Shown: positions 1 through 12,168 of the stretch, piece after piece | Position numbering within the stretch: the stretch's first letter is position 1 | Layout: each line of letters begins with the position of its first letter | DNA from: Tricharina praecox | Taxonomy: Eukaryota | Reading direction: 5' to 3' | Assembly: GCF_024521635.1 (NCBI RefSeq) | Contig: NW_026250409.1 | Location: 372,001-436,000, forward strand | DNA length: 64,000 bases | Notes under the pieces: generated by a model | What the model was told of the DNA's origin: nothing | What the model saw: the letters and a program-made list of their open reading frames with translations, nothing else | Databases searched by the model: none | Made by a program: the position numbers and the translations under genes

Positions 1-179
1 CCTGACTCGGATTTCCGGATCTCAGACTCCCCCCCAGACTCCCACTAAAGGAATGTCTCAGGGATGCTCGGGTTCCGCCAAACTCCATGCTTCCGGACGG
101 GTTCCAGGAACGTGGGTGGATGTTGCTAGTGGTAGTGGTTGGCCTAGCCCAGCTTATGTGTGACATGCAAGCGAGTAAA

Positions 180-1316
180 CGAAGGCTGAAGCTTGAGGCC
201 GCAACCACCACCACCACCACCATCGCCACGATGTAAACATCCGACGAATGGATTGATGGTTGAGGTTGGATGGGCGGGTGGGTTTGGATTTCGGGCATGT
301 TACCGATAGAAGGTACTTTTCAGGCGTGTCGCACCCGGCACGAACCGTGGGGTCGTGTGGTCGTGTAGTCGGGTGGTGGGCTGTGAAGGCTGTGAAGGCT
401 GAAGTGAAGGCCGAAGCCTGAGGACCAATGGACGGACGGGCGAGGTTGGATGGGATGGAAGAAAGGGTTGGAATTTTGGTCATGTTACCGATAGACGGTG
501 CTTTGCAGGCGTGTGGCGCCCGGCGCGGGCCGCGAGGTCGTCTGGTCGTGTGGTGGGCCGCCGCCGCTGCCGCCTCCCGGCGTCACGGTGGGAGTCACCG
601 AGTCCGTTACGGACTCACGGGTGCCTAGAGTACTCTATTGTGCCGTAGGCCCGTAGGTATAATAGCAGTCCGAGTACTACCCAACACTCCGCCGCCCGGC
701 GAGCACTCAGCACTCTGACTCCGCACTCTGACATCTCACATGCCGGATCCATCATCCACGGGGTATATATGCCAACCATACGCAATCACGACCGTTTCGG
801 GTAAGCAAGCCTCACCCCCGTAAAAAAAAAAGGCTGACGTGGAGGCTGATGAGGAGGCCGCAACCACCATGACAATGCGGGCACAAAACAACTGATGAAT
901 GGACGGGCGGTCGAGGATGGATGGGTTTAGGTATTTTACCTATGGTAGGTACTTTTTAGGCCTGTGGCATCCTGCGCGGGCCGCGAAGTCGTGTAGTCGT
1001 GTGGTCGGGTGGTGGGCTGCACTGGGCCGTACGGTATAATGTATTAGCCGCCGCCGCCATCATTGCTGTCACGGTGGGAGTCACCGAGCCCGTTGCGGAC
1101 TCACGGGTGCCTAGATTAACTACGGGTACCGTATCTTACGGCACAATACCGTGCCGTAGGCCCGTAGGTATAATTGTAGTCCGAGTACAACCACCCGACA
1201 ATTCGCCGGCCAGTGAGCACTCTGACTCCGCACTCTGACATGTCACATGACGGATCCACGGGCGTCCACGGGGTATGCCAACCATACGCGATCACGACCG
1301 TTTCGGGTAAGCAAGC
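180..1316. repeat. Degenerate tandem array: one partial unit (~180-400) and two longer units (~405-810, ~830-1316), probably TE-derived
   Basis: Colinear shared blocks: 'gtcacggtgggagtcaccgag.ccgtt.cggactcacgggtgcctaga' (~582, ~1068), 'gtgccgtaggcccgtaggtataat' (~640, ~1151), 'cactctgactccgcactctgacat' (~711, ~1218), 'atcacgaccgtttcgggtaagcaagc' (~785, ~1291); 'catgttaccgataga' at ~296 and ~481. Confidence 0.8.
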
Positions 1317-2529
1317 AAGCACAACTCGTCACTTGCTTAACTACGTCCGGAGTCCGGACGCATCCTCGACAGGTGGCCGCGACACCACTACACCACTGTA
1401 CGAGTGATCACAAGCGATCACTCACCTCGCACGGCGCCGAACCGAGACGAGCGGGCCGGACGGGCTGAACGGCGCCGGGAGGAGTGGGAGGTGTGAGGGG
1501 AGAGCAGTACTCTACTCTACTCTAACTCTACATACTCTACATAACTGCCATGATCCTTCGATAAGGCCGAGTACGATGACGATTAACCAAACCCGAAACC
1601 GAAAACCAAAAAAAGCAAAAAGCAAAACGAACTCCGAGCTGAACGACTCTAGAGCCGCAGGATCGATTGCGCGGAAGTCAAGGAACCCGCAATCCCGGCC
1701 GCGGTTTAACTGCACGAGTGATGACTCACAAGACAGACAGACAGACAGGCACCAACCGGGTCCGTCGTGCTTCCGGTTTCCGGCATCAGCATCAGCATCA
1801 GCATCGGCATGTTCACCGGACGAGATAGCATATTAGATATTGGATATTGGAGACCCATCCGCCCCATACGCCCCATACGCCCCACACGTCTGGACCGACG
1901 GACTCGGATTGACCCGATCTTGTTGGGGGTTGGGGGTTGACCTTGAATGTATGATACTAACCGGTAGGTATACCCACCTATGTCTATTTCTATGTCTATG
2001 TTCATTTCCATGTTTTGCTCCTTCGTCGTGATCCACTGATCAGCAACCATCTACCGGATTTCCCGTTTCAGCCCTCTGTCGCAGACTTCACCGTTCCTTG
2101 CGATCTCGATTGGCACCCAATGGGATCCCAATCACCTCCTCCGGCAGTTCGCGGAGGTACATAGGAGAGGATCGAGGACTGGTGAGATCAACATCGATTG
2201 TCCATGGGTCGCAGAGGTTCAATGGAAGAGTATCTACATACTCGAGAGGAGAACAGGGCCCTGATTCGCTATTGAAAAAGACAAGGGAGATAATTCGTCA
2301 TTCGTGCGCGCCGACGTTTTACGCACGATACGCTCACAGTCCGGATTCACGTGCACAGAAAAAGGCCCGTGAAGGGAAATCTCTCCACAAACAGTTGATG
2401 AAAATGATGGCTTTTATCATTACCCAACCGGTGCCCTGGAAACAAGATATCAAAAGTCTATCCGCGACCGCTTGCCCCACCTCCCAGCTCGTAACAAACG
2501 CGCATTCCCCACCAGCACACAAACAGCGC

Positions 2530-3613
2530 TTAGTAGAAAGTCTCCACCATAGCGTCTCTAAGCGGTCCTTCGACGTTTCCTGCCCTCATTCCCTCGCCCA
2601 GCCTGAACACGTTCTCAATAACACTCAGTTCCGTCGCGGTGGTGTCCAGCCCAGTGACGGCCATCCAGTCGTTCACCACCATACCCGCGCCGACCACCGA
2701 CGACCCACGGTTGATGGAGCCGGCCACCAGCGGCACCTGGAGCAGCGAGCTCAGCTCGTCCTGGTCCTGTATCGTCGTCTTGGGGTGCACGATTCCTCCC
2801 TGGTTGCTTAGCGAGCAGTACGAGCCCACCAGGACGTTCTCGGAAATCGTCTGGCGGAAAACCTCAACGCCGAGGATGTCGGCAATGATCTCCTCCGTCT
2901 CGCGCTCGATATCCGGGTGCACCAGCGCCACGTGGTCGTTGCAACAGATCACGTTGCCCAGCGCCGACAAACGCTCCTCTACACGCTGTATCTTAACCGA
3001 ATCGGGGATCGTATTCCGGATGTGCTGCAGCTCTTGGTCGGTGGCGGAGGTAGGGAGGAGGAGACCACGACGGTTTCTGGCGATTGAAGTCAGTACTGGA
3101 CCAGTATGTGACGCTCCCCCAATCACGCAGAGGTGCCTTACCCAGCTGACAAACGTCCCACGATTCTGGTGCCGGCAATGGTGGTGTGGCATATGGGGAT
3201 GATGTCTGCTAATTCTGCCTCGAAGACGCTATTTTCACCTGCAATCAGCTAGATTCTCCACCGCCAATTTCTGTTGCAACTCACCTGTAGAAGTTCATGC
3301 TTCCTCCGGGAGCAACCAGAGCATACGAATTTGTAAGGTTCGCAAACACTCCGACCCTAACGCGCCGTTAGAACCATACTAAAAAATCCTCAAGTATCCA
3401 ATCCGGCGGTTTTTGCGCTTATCCGCACGCGCAAAACGACGCTCCGGTGGCGAACGCGCTAGTAGCGGAGGATGCGACGGGGGACTGCGAAAACTAACTC
3501 ATTGGAATTCTCGAACTGTGGTGAATTGTCAGCATGCGCTTAATCAAACGTCGCATCACCGTCTGCAGAAAGACCCGGGTCGGGGGAAACCGTACCTGCG
3601 CTCTAACGGCCAT
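2530..3613 (-). CDS. TIF6: Eukaryotic translation initiation factor 6 (eIF6), 246 aa, 5 exons
   Basis: Exons 3613-3596, 3515-3499, 3356-3285, 3228-3142, 3076-2530, all GT-AG, total 741 nt. Translation MAVRAQFENSNEVGVF...[20 protein letters not shown]...[25 protein letters not shown]...[11 protein letters not shown] is canonical eIF6. Confidence 0.97.
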
Positions 3614-4853
3614 TGTTGCGGTGTTGTGTGGTTTTTGTGTGGATGAAAGAAGTATAAATTGACGATCGGCAAATTTCGATCCTATGAGGGAAGCCGGCGT
3701 TCGGTGTTGCCTTGGGGCGGTGTGAGGGAGAGGATTCGGGGAGGGATCCGGGTTGGTTGCTGGTATATGTAGGAATTCAATTCAAGGTACGTGACGAAAG
3801 ATTGGGGCGGTGGTGATGTAAAGGAAGAAACGATGGCGATGTGGTGGGGCCGAAAGAGAAGGAGGGGTTAGTTGCAGATTGTTCGCCAAGCAGCAAACGA
3901 GCGAATCAGGTCATTGAATGATGGTCATTGTGGGTCACTCGTGCATGAGTCATCGACATCTACAAGCGATGAGCAGTGATGAGTGATAGAGTGCATAACC
4001 CCCACTATGTAGCGGATAGCCGCGCGTGGCTCAGCAGCGATTTGAATGAGAGTGCGAAACTCACCAAGAGATGTAGTTGGCCCGCATAGAAAGACCTGCA
4101 AACGGAAATCTAGGCGGATACTTTAAATCTTGTCTACCCCAGCTTTGCAACTTTGTACGACTTTTAGGTAGCCACTCACGCTTTCTGGGCCGTTATATAA
4201 GGCCCAACCTTGCATGAACCCTGGATTGCAATTGTGGGTCTGATTGGGCAATGGAATACCATGCTCCGCCGTTTAATACCCACTCTACTAGGTACTTCCC
4301 GCGGGTACCAACTCTGCGCCTATTCCCACCGACATGCACTTCAGATATGCTCGTAGGTTTTGTTGAGCCGGGATAGGGCACCAGAGCCCCCATCCAGACC
4401 CGCTGCAACTGCAGAACTGACGCGCGCTCCTGGGGACCTTTGCCGTGATCTCGGGGGTTTTGGTGGTTCGCTTCGTTGTCGGGCGGCAGGGCAGCCACCG
4501 GGGGTTAAGATGGCGGCAGCTAGGGTCACCCACGAGTGGTGAGGGGGCGGATCTCGCTGCTTGCTTGCGCTCTCCAAGCAGCCAGGTGCCTCTCACTATT
4601 ACATATCCTGATCCGGTTCACGACTTCATGCGTCGAGTGATTTTGCGTGAAGTTGGTGGCACCTCACCGCCGTCGTAGAATCGTACGGTTTTGTGGTGCA
4701 TGCAAATGTTGATCCTGGCCCATCGCGTAGCCAATAGCTATACGTACAGCTGGGAAAGAGGGGCCACGCACCACATTCGTCCGCAGGGACTGTGTGGGCG
4801 AGTCACATTCGTCCAGTTCCACTTTTAGGGTTCCATCAATATGTATATAGAAA

Positions 4854-5515
4854 GTGCTCAGGTTGCTGATTTTTACCGATAACCAAACACGGTTTCGAAT
4901 ACGAACATCACCACTACCCCACAATATCACCCGAAGAACACGCTTTTCGACCGACGAATATATCACTTCTTGGATCCACGCCTTTGAAAGGACCAAGAGC
5001 AGGAGGAACGAGCGATGGAGGGACGGCGGACAGCTCTTCGGTGATAGGTGAGAGAAAGAAGTTTCATTATACTGGAGAAATGTATGGGGTAGAGGTACTT
5101 GGGACTGGATAAATATATCACCGAGACGGTAGCGATACATACGACTGTACTATGGTATACGTCCGATGTACGGGGTGGAGCAGAGGGACCAATCGAGGAG
5201 GAAGAGGGACCTCAGCGATCCCAAAGAAATTCCCTTGGAGTCGTTTGGGGCGGCGAAAGATGCAAATATCAAAGGACAACAAGATAGTGATTCTGACTAT
5301 TCTTTTGTGGTAGGTGCATGTACTCGTGGAGGTGCTGCGGAAGTTGGGAGACTGAGGGAGGAAATCACTCGGGTCACTGCGGAGGCTGTTAGGTTAACGG
5401 CGGAGAACACGAGCCTGGCCCAAGAGATGGCGAAACTTCGGACTGCTACTGCTACTATTGCGGTACTGCTGAGTGGGACTGGAAGTGGGACTGGAAGTGG
5501 GACGACAGTCGCGAG
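4854..5515 (+). pseudogene. Possible degraded gene remnant with C-terminal coiled coil, running into a hAT-derived end
   Basis: ORFs 4854-5051 and 5166-5729 share a frame and are separated by two stops. RLREEITRVTAEAVRLTAENTSLAQEMAKLR has a heptad pattern. No family recognised. Confidence 0.25.
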
Positions 5516-5704
5516 CAGTGCAGGCAACAGCCCAGCCCAAACAAAGCCAGCCCGGCCTTTAGTGAGTTATTATGATGCGTCTCACTGCTACTTTTCGTGG
5601 ACCAACGTTTTTCCTATCTATTGTCGTGAAGTTACCCTACCAACTCTAGGATCCAGCCCGCCCAGCCCAACTGATAGCCCGGGCTGGGCTGTCAGCCCAT
5701 CGGC
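5516..5704 (+). mobile_element. Truncated, internally deleted copy of the hAT-derived element at 12102-12758
   Basis: Begins cagtgcaggcaacagccc (5516-5533), 17/18 identical to the reverse complement of 12741-12758. Shares 'cgt.tcactgcta', 'gttacccta', 'taggatccagcccgccca' and 'atagcccgggctgggct.tc.gcccatc' in the same order as the 12.1-12.7 kb copy. No right end seen. Confidence 0.75.
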
Positions 5705-6725
5705 GGAAATGGTTGTGTATATTTCCTAAATGATATAGAGGGGCGGCAGTATTAAGATCAAGAGAGACACATGCTTCTTGGAATCATGCCCGAGAGCAGC
5801 TGTGATGAAGTTCCAGTTTACACGGTCACAGAATGCACATACATTGTAAGTACCTAAATACATAAATATACAACCTTCAAATGTGAAATCAAACAGAAGG
5901 ACGTCAAATCCAAAGCAAGAATCAGAGTCTCTGGATGTCGTCCAACCAACTAACGCTATAAAACCCGAGTTTCTATCAGGAAGTGATTAATAAGCTATTA
6001 GTAGTAGTAGATTGACGGCGATAGGTACGGGAACAACGTACGTCTGCTCCACAGCCGGTCGACCGTCGAACAACTCCCAGAACGAGGCAGTTTCGCTTGG
6101 GCCTTATGAGGGAACGTCTCTTGGTTGTATATTGAGAGGGCGGGTTTCTCGGTAAGCTTGGATGGAGAATCTCGTTGGTTGTGAAAACGGTAAATAAAGT
6201 TGCGGAGGGAGCGGAATTTCATGCTAGATCGGGCTCGACATCACCGATCCGCGAGGGTTTGCCTTCCGGAACGCCAAAATGAATATGACCCGTCGTTTTC
6301 AGGAGCGTATGGGCGGCTTAGCAAGGCGATAGCCGCAATAATCCGAGTGAGAAGCTAACTGCGTGATGTCGAGGCCGATATGATGAAGTCACGAAGGAAA
6401 GAGTAGTTGAAGATGAAGCTCTGTGGAGAGATAGAGTAGTGCCCAATTCTTACTTGCTTACATACACCACATAGTGCTTACCTAAAACCACTGCACCATC
6501 AACAACGCATGCAGCTTAATCCGGTGTTCGGTGTTTCCCGCCCAAGACACTCGCAGCTTCATGTAGCACAGATTTGGATTGCGGGGTTGCTGAGCCGGGG
6601 CTGAGTGAACTCAGGCTCGACATATGTTCAGCTGCGTTCTGCCAATCTATTGTGCTCTACTTCAACCGCACAGCAGCAGGCCGGCGTTAGATATCGAGCG
6701 ACCCATAAAACCGATATTTGCGGAT

Positions 6726-7529
6726 ATGGCGACTCTCCGCAAACTTCTCCTGCCGACGAAACGTCCCACCATGGCCCATCTCCTCGTACTCCCTATGGAA
6801 CTCCTGCTGCTCATCGTCGAGGGCCTCCCTGCCGTCGCCATTGTCTCTCTACGACGCACTTGCAAGCTACTCTCCTCGCGGCTTGCACCAGTACTCGTAT
6901 CGCTGGCCTTCACCCAGTATCGGCGAAAATACAGCGGGTCCCCAACCCTCGGCTGGGCCTGCTACACTGGCAACCATCCGATCGCGCAGTCGCTGCTCTC
7001 GGAGGAGAGTAGCAGTCACAGCACCAACACGCTGACCAGCCTCCTCTACGTCTGCACCAGACTCAATAAGGTAGCGATAGCACGCCTACTCCTCGAGCAC
7101 GGCGCCGACATCAATGGGCCTCTAACATGCGAGCATTCGCTGCTGCATCGTGCCGCTCTTGGGATCGATCAGCGCGGTTATCCGGAGATGGCGAAGTTAC
7201 TCCTCGACTGGGGGGCCGACATTTCCTCCGTCGATGCTCGGCACCGTACCCCGCTTCACCTCGCCTGCCAGGCCGTTTCCACCGAAGCGGACAAGGAGGT
7301 GGATAATCTGGAGGTTTTTCGGGTGCTCATGGTGCATGGCGGTGCGGATGTGAGCCTGAAGGACGATCAGGGGCAGACACCATTGGATCTAATGCGTGCT
7401 GCTAGGCCAATGTCGCTAGTTGCGGCATCGTACTGGGCGGTGGTGTATCGGTGCTGGGTGGTGCGGCAGTGGCGGCAGTGGCGGCCAAAGCGATCTGCTT
7501 CGGATGAGGATCATGTAGAGTACGTATAG
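6726..7529 (+). CDS. F-box-like plus ankyrin-repeat protein (single exon; start may be 6726 or 6771)
   Basis: N-terminal LLVLPMELLLLIVEGLPAVAIVSLRRTCKLL matches the F-box pattern. Ankyrin motifs: LLLEHGADIN, SLLHRAA...LLLDWGADIS, RTPLHLAC, GADVSLKDDQGQTPLDL. Confidence 0.8.
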   Translation: MATLRKLLLPTKRPTMAHLLVLPMELLLLIVEGLPAVAIVSLRRTCKLLSSRLAPVLVSLAFTQYRRKYSGSPTLGWACYTGNHPIAQSLLSEESSSHSTNTLTSLLYVCTRLNKVAIARLLLEHGADINGPLTCEHSLLHRAALGIDQRGYPEMAKLLLDWGADISSVDARHRTPLHLACQAVSTEADKEVDNLEVFRVLMVHGGADVSLKDDQGQTPLDLMRAARPMSLVAASYWAVVYRCWVVRQWRQWRPKRSASDEDHVEYV

Positions 7530-8340
7530 TATGTAGCACAGCCTAGAACGAGCGAAGGAATGATGTAGCTTCCATCCCCCGTCGGCTTGGTCCTCTTATT
7601 TTCGAGAACTCAAACCAGGCATTGCGCCGACACAATCCGACGTGCCTTTCCTTTCTCTCGAGATGGAGAGTCCACAGTGCTTTCATTCCAGACTCTTCCT
7701 AAAGGTCCCCTCCTAACATCTGGGGCTGACATTCAAACTGTGCCCATTCGCACATGCGAGTGATATTGAGTGTTCAACCCAGCCCATCTGCACTGCAAAA
7801 TACTAGCGAATCTCTGCGGATCGAAAATCCCAACACGATCCAAAGATTTCTAACCGCAGGAAGCTTCTATGCTCTCTTAGATGGCTGCCAAGTGATGGAT
7901 TGCGATCATCCTACGATACGAAAAACTTGCGACCGAAATTTCGCTTTTCTAAATATCTTGCGCGACACAGAGTCTTTGAAGGCCTACGGGCACATGATTA
8001 TTCGAAAGACGTCCATACTATGATACATCTCGACTTGAGACCCTGTGCCAAGCGATAAATGGAATGGTGGACTCTTCCTTAAGATTCTATACTGTGTTGG
8101 GACTAGCGTCTATAATTAGGCTCAAATCAGTTACCCTCCGGAACACTGGTTCGCCACCAATCAACCCAACACCGCTGACAAGACATCCCCAACTTCTTCT
8201 TCTTGTTCACCTTGTCCCTTCACCACCTCCCATCAACCTCCATCAGCTCGCTACCCTAATCCTTCAGCAAAAGCTCCTTCCCACCTCTGGGACCCTTTAC
8301 GAACCCATAACTACCATCGTCTGTGCGCTACATTGTCAAG

Positions 8341-9903
8341 ATGAAGCTTACCTTCAAGGTACTGTCGCGAACCCCACCATGGCTTCAAAAATCACATCAA
8401 ACATCACAACAAGACACAATAACAAGCAACCGTGACCGCTGACATTTATCACGCTATCAGGATCTCAAACAGCAGAAGTTTACTCTAGATGCCGAGCCGT
8501 CAGACACGGTTCGATACCACCCCACTACCCCACCATTGCTCGGCCTCCGCGTACTGACTCAGACTCAGATCGCGCAAGTGAAGGAGAAGATCTTCAAGCA
8601 CAAGACTGAGGAGAAGGAATGGGACCCTTCGCTTCAGAAGCTCATTTACTCTGGTAAGTGGATGGATGCCGCATCGCCAGGCCGAGCGCTTTATTGACTA
8701 TCGCGCAGGAAAGATTCTCGCGGATGACAAGACCGTTGAGTTCTACAAGGTAGAGGAGAAGGGCTTCATTGTCTGCATGCTTGCCAAGGTGCGCTTGTCC
8801 CCTCGATCTCGCCGGGTTCCGCCGGTTTTTGACGCAGCATAGCCCAAGGTTACCGTCGCAGCGAGTGCTTCGACTTCGGCGAAGCCACCGTCGACCCCAG
8901 TAAAGCCCTCCAATGCTCCCGCTACGCCTGCCGCTCCGGCGCCAGCTGCTCCCGCCCCGGCTTCGAGCGCTCCAGTCCCCGCTACCCCCACTCCCGCCGC
9001 TGCGCCTGTCACCGCCAGCTTCAATGACCCCTCTGCCCTCGCTATGGGCGCTCAGCGTGACGCAGCTATCACCAACATGATGGAGATGGGATTTCCCCGC
9101 GACGAGATTGACAGGGCTATGAGGGCGGCCTTCAACAACCCCGATCGAGCTGTCGAGTATCTGATGATGGTGCGTGTTTGGACTGTCTTAGGAACACGGG
9201 TAATACTGGACTAACGTTTGCTTGTTAGGGTATTCCGGAACATCTACTTCATGCCCGCCCGCCTCCGCCCGCCGCCGCAGCCCAGCCAGCCGCTTCGCAA
9301 CCCGCTGCCGCTGTTACTGCCGCTACCGGTGGAGAACAAGCTGCCGACCCTGAGAACATTAACCTGTTCGAAGCTGCAGCGGCTGCAGCTGCCAACAGGG
9401 ATGTTGGTGGAGCTGGCCGCGCCGGTGCCGGTGCCGGCGCTGGAGGTGCTGCTGGTATCGCGGGACTGGACTTTCTCCGCAACAATACGCAGTTCCAGCA
9501 GCTTCGCCGTCTTGTGCAGGAGTCCCCGCAGATGCTCGAGCCCATCTTGCAACAGGTCGGACAGGGAAACCCACAGCTTGCCTCTTTAATCTCCCAGAAT
9601 CCCGAAGCGTTCCTACAGCTCCTTGCCGAGGGTGTTGATGGCGACGACGATGCCGAAGGCGGATACCCAGGCATGCAGACAATCTCTGTTACTCCCGAAG
9701 AAGCCCAGGCCATTGATAGGGTATGCTTGTACCCTCATCCCGTGATCTCGATTTCATACTGACCCAGCCAATAGCTTTGCGCCCTCGGGTTCCAGCGTGA
9801 TATGGTCATCCAGGCCTACATCGCTTGCGACAAAAACGAGGAGCTGACCGCCAACTACCTCTTCGACAATCCGGCTGATGACGATGAGATGGGAGGAGCC
9901 TAA
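8341..9903 (+). CDS. RAD23: UV excision repair protein Rad23 (UBL-UBA-STI1/XPC-binding-UBA), 392 aa, 7 exons
   Basis: Exons 8341-8358, 8461-8508, 8569-8653, 8709-8788, 8843-9169, 9229-9720, 9775-9903 (1179 nt, all GT-AG). Motifs [97 protein letters not shown]. Confidence 0.97.
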
Positions 9904-10971
9904 ACAATTTGATGCAAAGAATGCGAAGACACATGTGACGGTGTTTGTAATGGCTTCATCTGGTGTTTCTTTCTTTCTTTCACTTCTTTAGCGTCCCCCG
10001 GACTAGTTTTTTTTTCGGTGGCCGTCTTTTCGGGTTTGCATATGCTCTTCTTCTGGGGTAGTTTTGTACTATGGGAGATTGGGGAATTGGGTTTTCTTTC
10101 ACCTGCTTGTTTCCGGTTCCGTTTTTTTCTTTGTTTCCGGCTTTTAGTTTTCCTTGGTTGCTAACGGGCGAATGCAATACGATGGGTATGAGTATCCGTA
10201 TGATAAGTCGGTCATGAATGAATGGTGTCTCATATCTAAGCACTTGACCTACCTATCTATGCGCCTTTGGTTGTTACCTACCAGATGGACCAGCATGTGT
10301 ACGGGACTCCTCGGAGACGAGTGATGATTGCAACGGGGACGGGCCATGCGAGCTCACGCGGCTACCTAGGTTACTTCCCTTGTATGTAACACCATCATTA
10401 GTACACTTAGGAGTCTGGACTCGTCCTCGACGAGTAGGTAAACCAGCTCTCGCACCGATGCGGTTTGTTGGTGCACGTAACTGACTATATAACGGAGCGA
10501 CACGGAACCGCGGGACCGTGCCGTGCATCGTGCAGTCGAGTGAGATACTGTAGGTAGAGGACATTGATGGGCTCCGTACCGTACCGTGGGGTTGGAACAG
10601 CCGTAGGGCGCGGGAATAACCGTGGTTTAAGCGCCATCGACCTAGGTAGTTAAGCGCGGTTGGTCGACGAGTGGAGTGCAGTGGAGTGCTAGCGGTTGGG
10701 TCGGCGGGAAATGGATCTACAGTATGGTACATACAGGTACCTGGATAGAGTACCAATGTATGTACTAGATGTAGCTACGTCCTCTCTACATTACTGGCGG
10801 AATCCGTGGAACGTGCGCAAGATTTGATGGATATGATAGGTGCCAGCCGACACCATGCATGATGTGCGCTTAGTCACACTACAAGTCGCACATCACGGAC
10901 CCCGCGATCGCCAGACGAACACGCTCTGCCCAGCGGACCACGAGGAGTGTCAACCGGCCACCACTTCCAAA

Positions 10972-12168
10972 ATGGACCCTCTTTCAGTTGCCGCAGCGGT
11001 AGCAGGGTTGTTGCAGGTCTGAGCCAAGGTCATCGGCTTTCTTTCAACGGCGATCGATGCCCCCAGCACTGCCCGCAACGCTCTCGCAGAAGTCCAAGCG
11101 CTACACGGGATGTTTCGCCAGTTGGACGACTTCATCGCCGATTTCGCCCAGCAGAGCGTGGCTCGCAAATCCAGGATTGAAATCGACGACCTGGTTGTCG
11201 TCCTGGCGGGCTGCGTGTGTACCCTCTCGGAGCTGGATAGGGAGCTCGAAGGTCTCAAGACGGACTACGCCAACACCACCAAGTATCAGTTTGGGCCCTG
11301 GGACAGCGTCAAGTGGGCAGCAAAAGACCAGGATATCGCCAAGATACTACGGGACCTATAGATGCATAGGACTTCGCTGAATCTATTGCTGGCAGTTTAT
11401 ACATGGTTAGTTCACGGTTCTTCTCGATCAATGTGTATCGATAGCTTCCCAGGGCTGCACCCAGCTCACCCAAAGACTGATGATCTCTTTCGCATCCGGC
11501 CAACGCGTGCGTACGAATAGCTGCTGATACAGAGCTTACCTAGTGCATCAACTCAGCAACTGTAAAGCGACATGGACGAACTGACGCAGTTCATGGCGAC
11601 ACTCAAGCAGACGATTCCGGACCTAACGGAGCTCATCACAGCAGCCACTTCCTCTGCGAGCAACGCCATTGAGACCAAAGTCAGCACTGGCTGGACACCG
11701 CTTCACCGGGCGGCCTGGTGTGCTCATACGGATACAGTGCAACTACTGCTCGACCGCGGAGCCGAAATCGACGCTAAGGACAGCATTGGCTGGACGGCGC
11801 TTTACCGGGCGGCCTGGAAAGGGCACACGGATACACTGCAACTACTGCTCGACCGCGGCACCAAAATCGAGGCCAAGGCGACGCACGGCCGGACGCCGTT
11901 TCACCTGTCGGTGCAGAATGGAAACGAAGCTTCGGTGCAGCTGCTGCTCGGCCGGCGTGCTGACGTCGAGGCCAAAGATCGAAACGGTAGGACGCCGCGA
12001 CAACTGGTCGTGCAGAAACGCTACGAGCACGTTGCACGTCGGCTCTTTTATCGAGAGGCCGCAGACGCGGCCGAGCGCAATAATCCCGAAATCCCCCCAG
12101 CCAGTGCGGGAAATAGCCCAGCACAATCAAAGCCGGGCCGCAGCCCGGCGCGTGTAGCCCAGCTTTGA
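10972..12168 (+). pseudogene. HeLo-like/STAND-type N-terminal domain plus ankyrin repeats, with three in-frame stops
   Basis: Exons 10972-11405 and 11544-12168; intron GTTAGT...GCTGAT...TAG keeps frame. MDPLSVAAAVAGLLQV*AKVIGFL...LAGCVCTLSELDREL...WDSVKWAAKDQDIAKILRDL*MHRTSLNLLL is the typical fungal N-terminal STAND-associated motif. Stops: TGA 11020-11022, TAG 11359-11361, TAA 11563-11565. Ankyrin motifs GWTPLHRAA, GWTALYRAA, GRTPFHLSV, GRTP follow. Confidence 0.85.

Noticed and set aside
2098..3202. Long antisense ORFs over eIF6 (also over the kinase, GH5 and the 57.9-59.9 kb gene)
   Set aside because: Shadow ORFs expected from GC-rich codon usage of the real genes.
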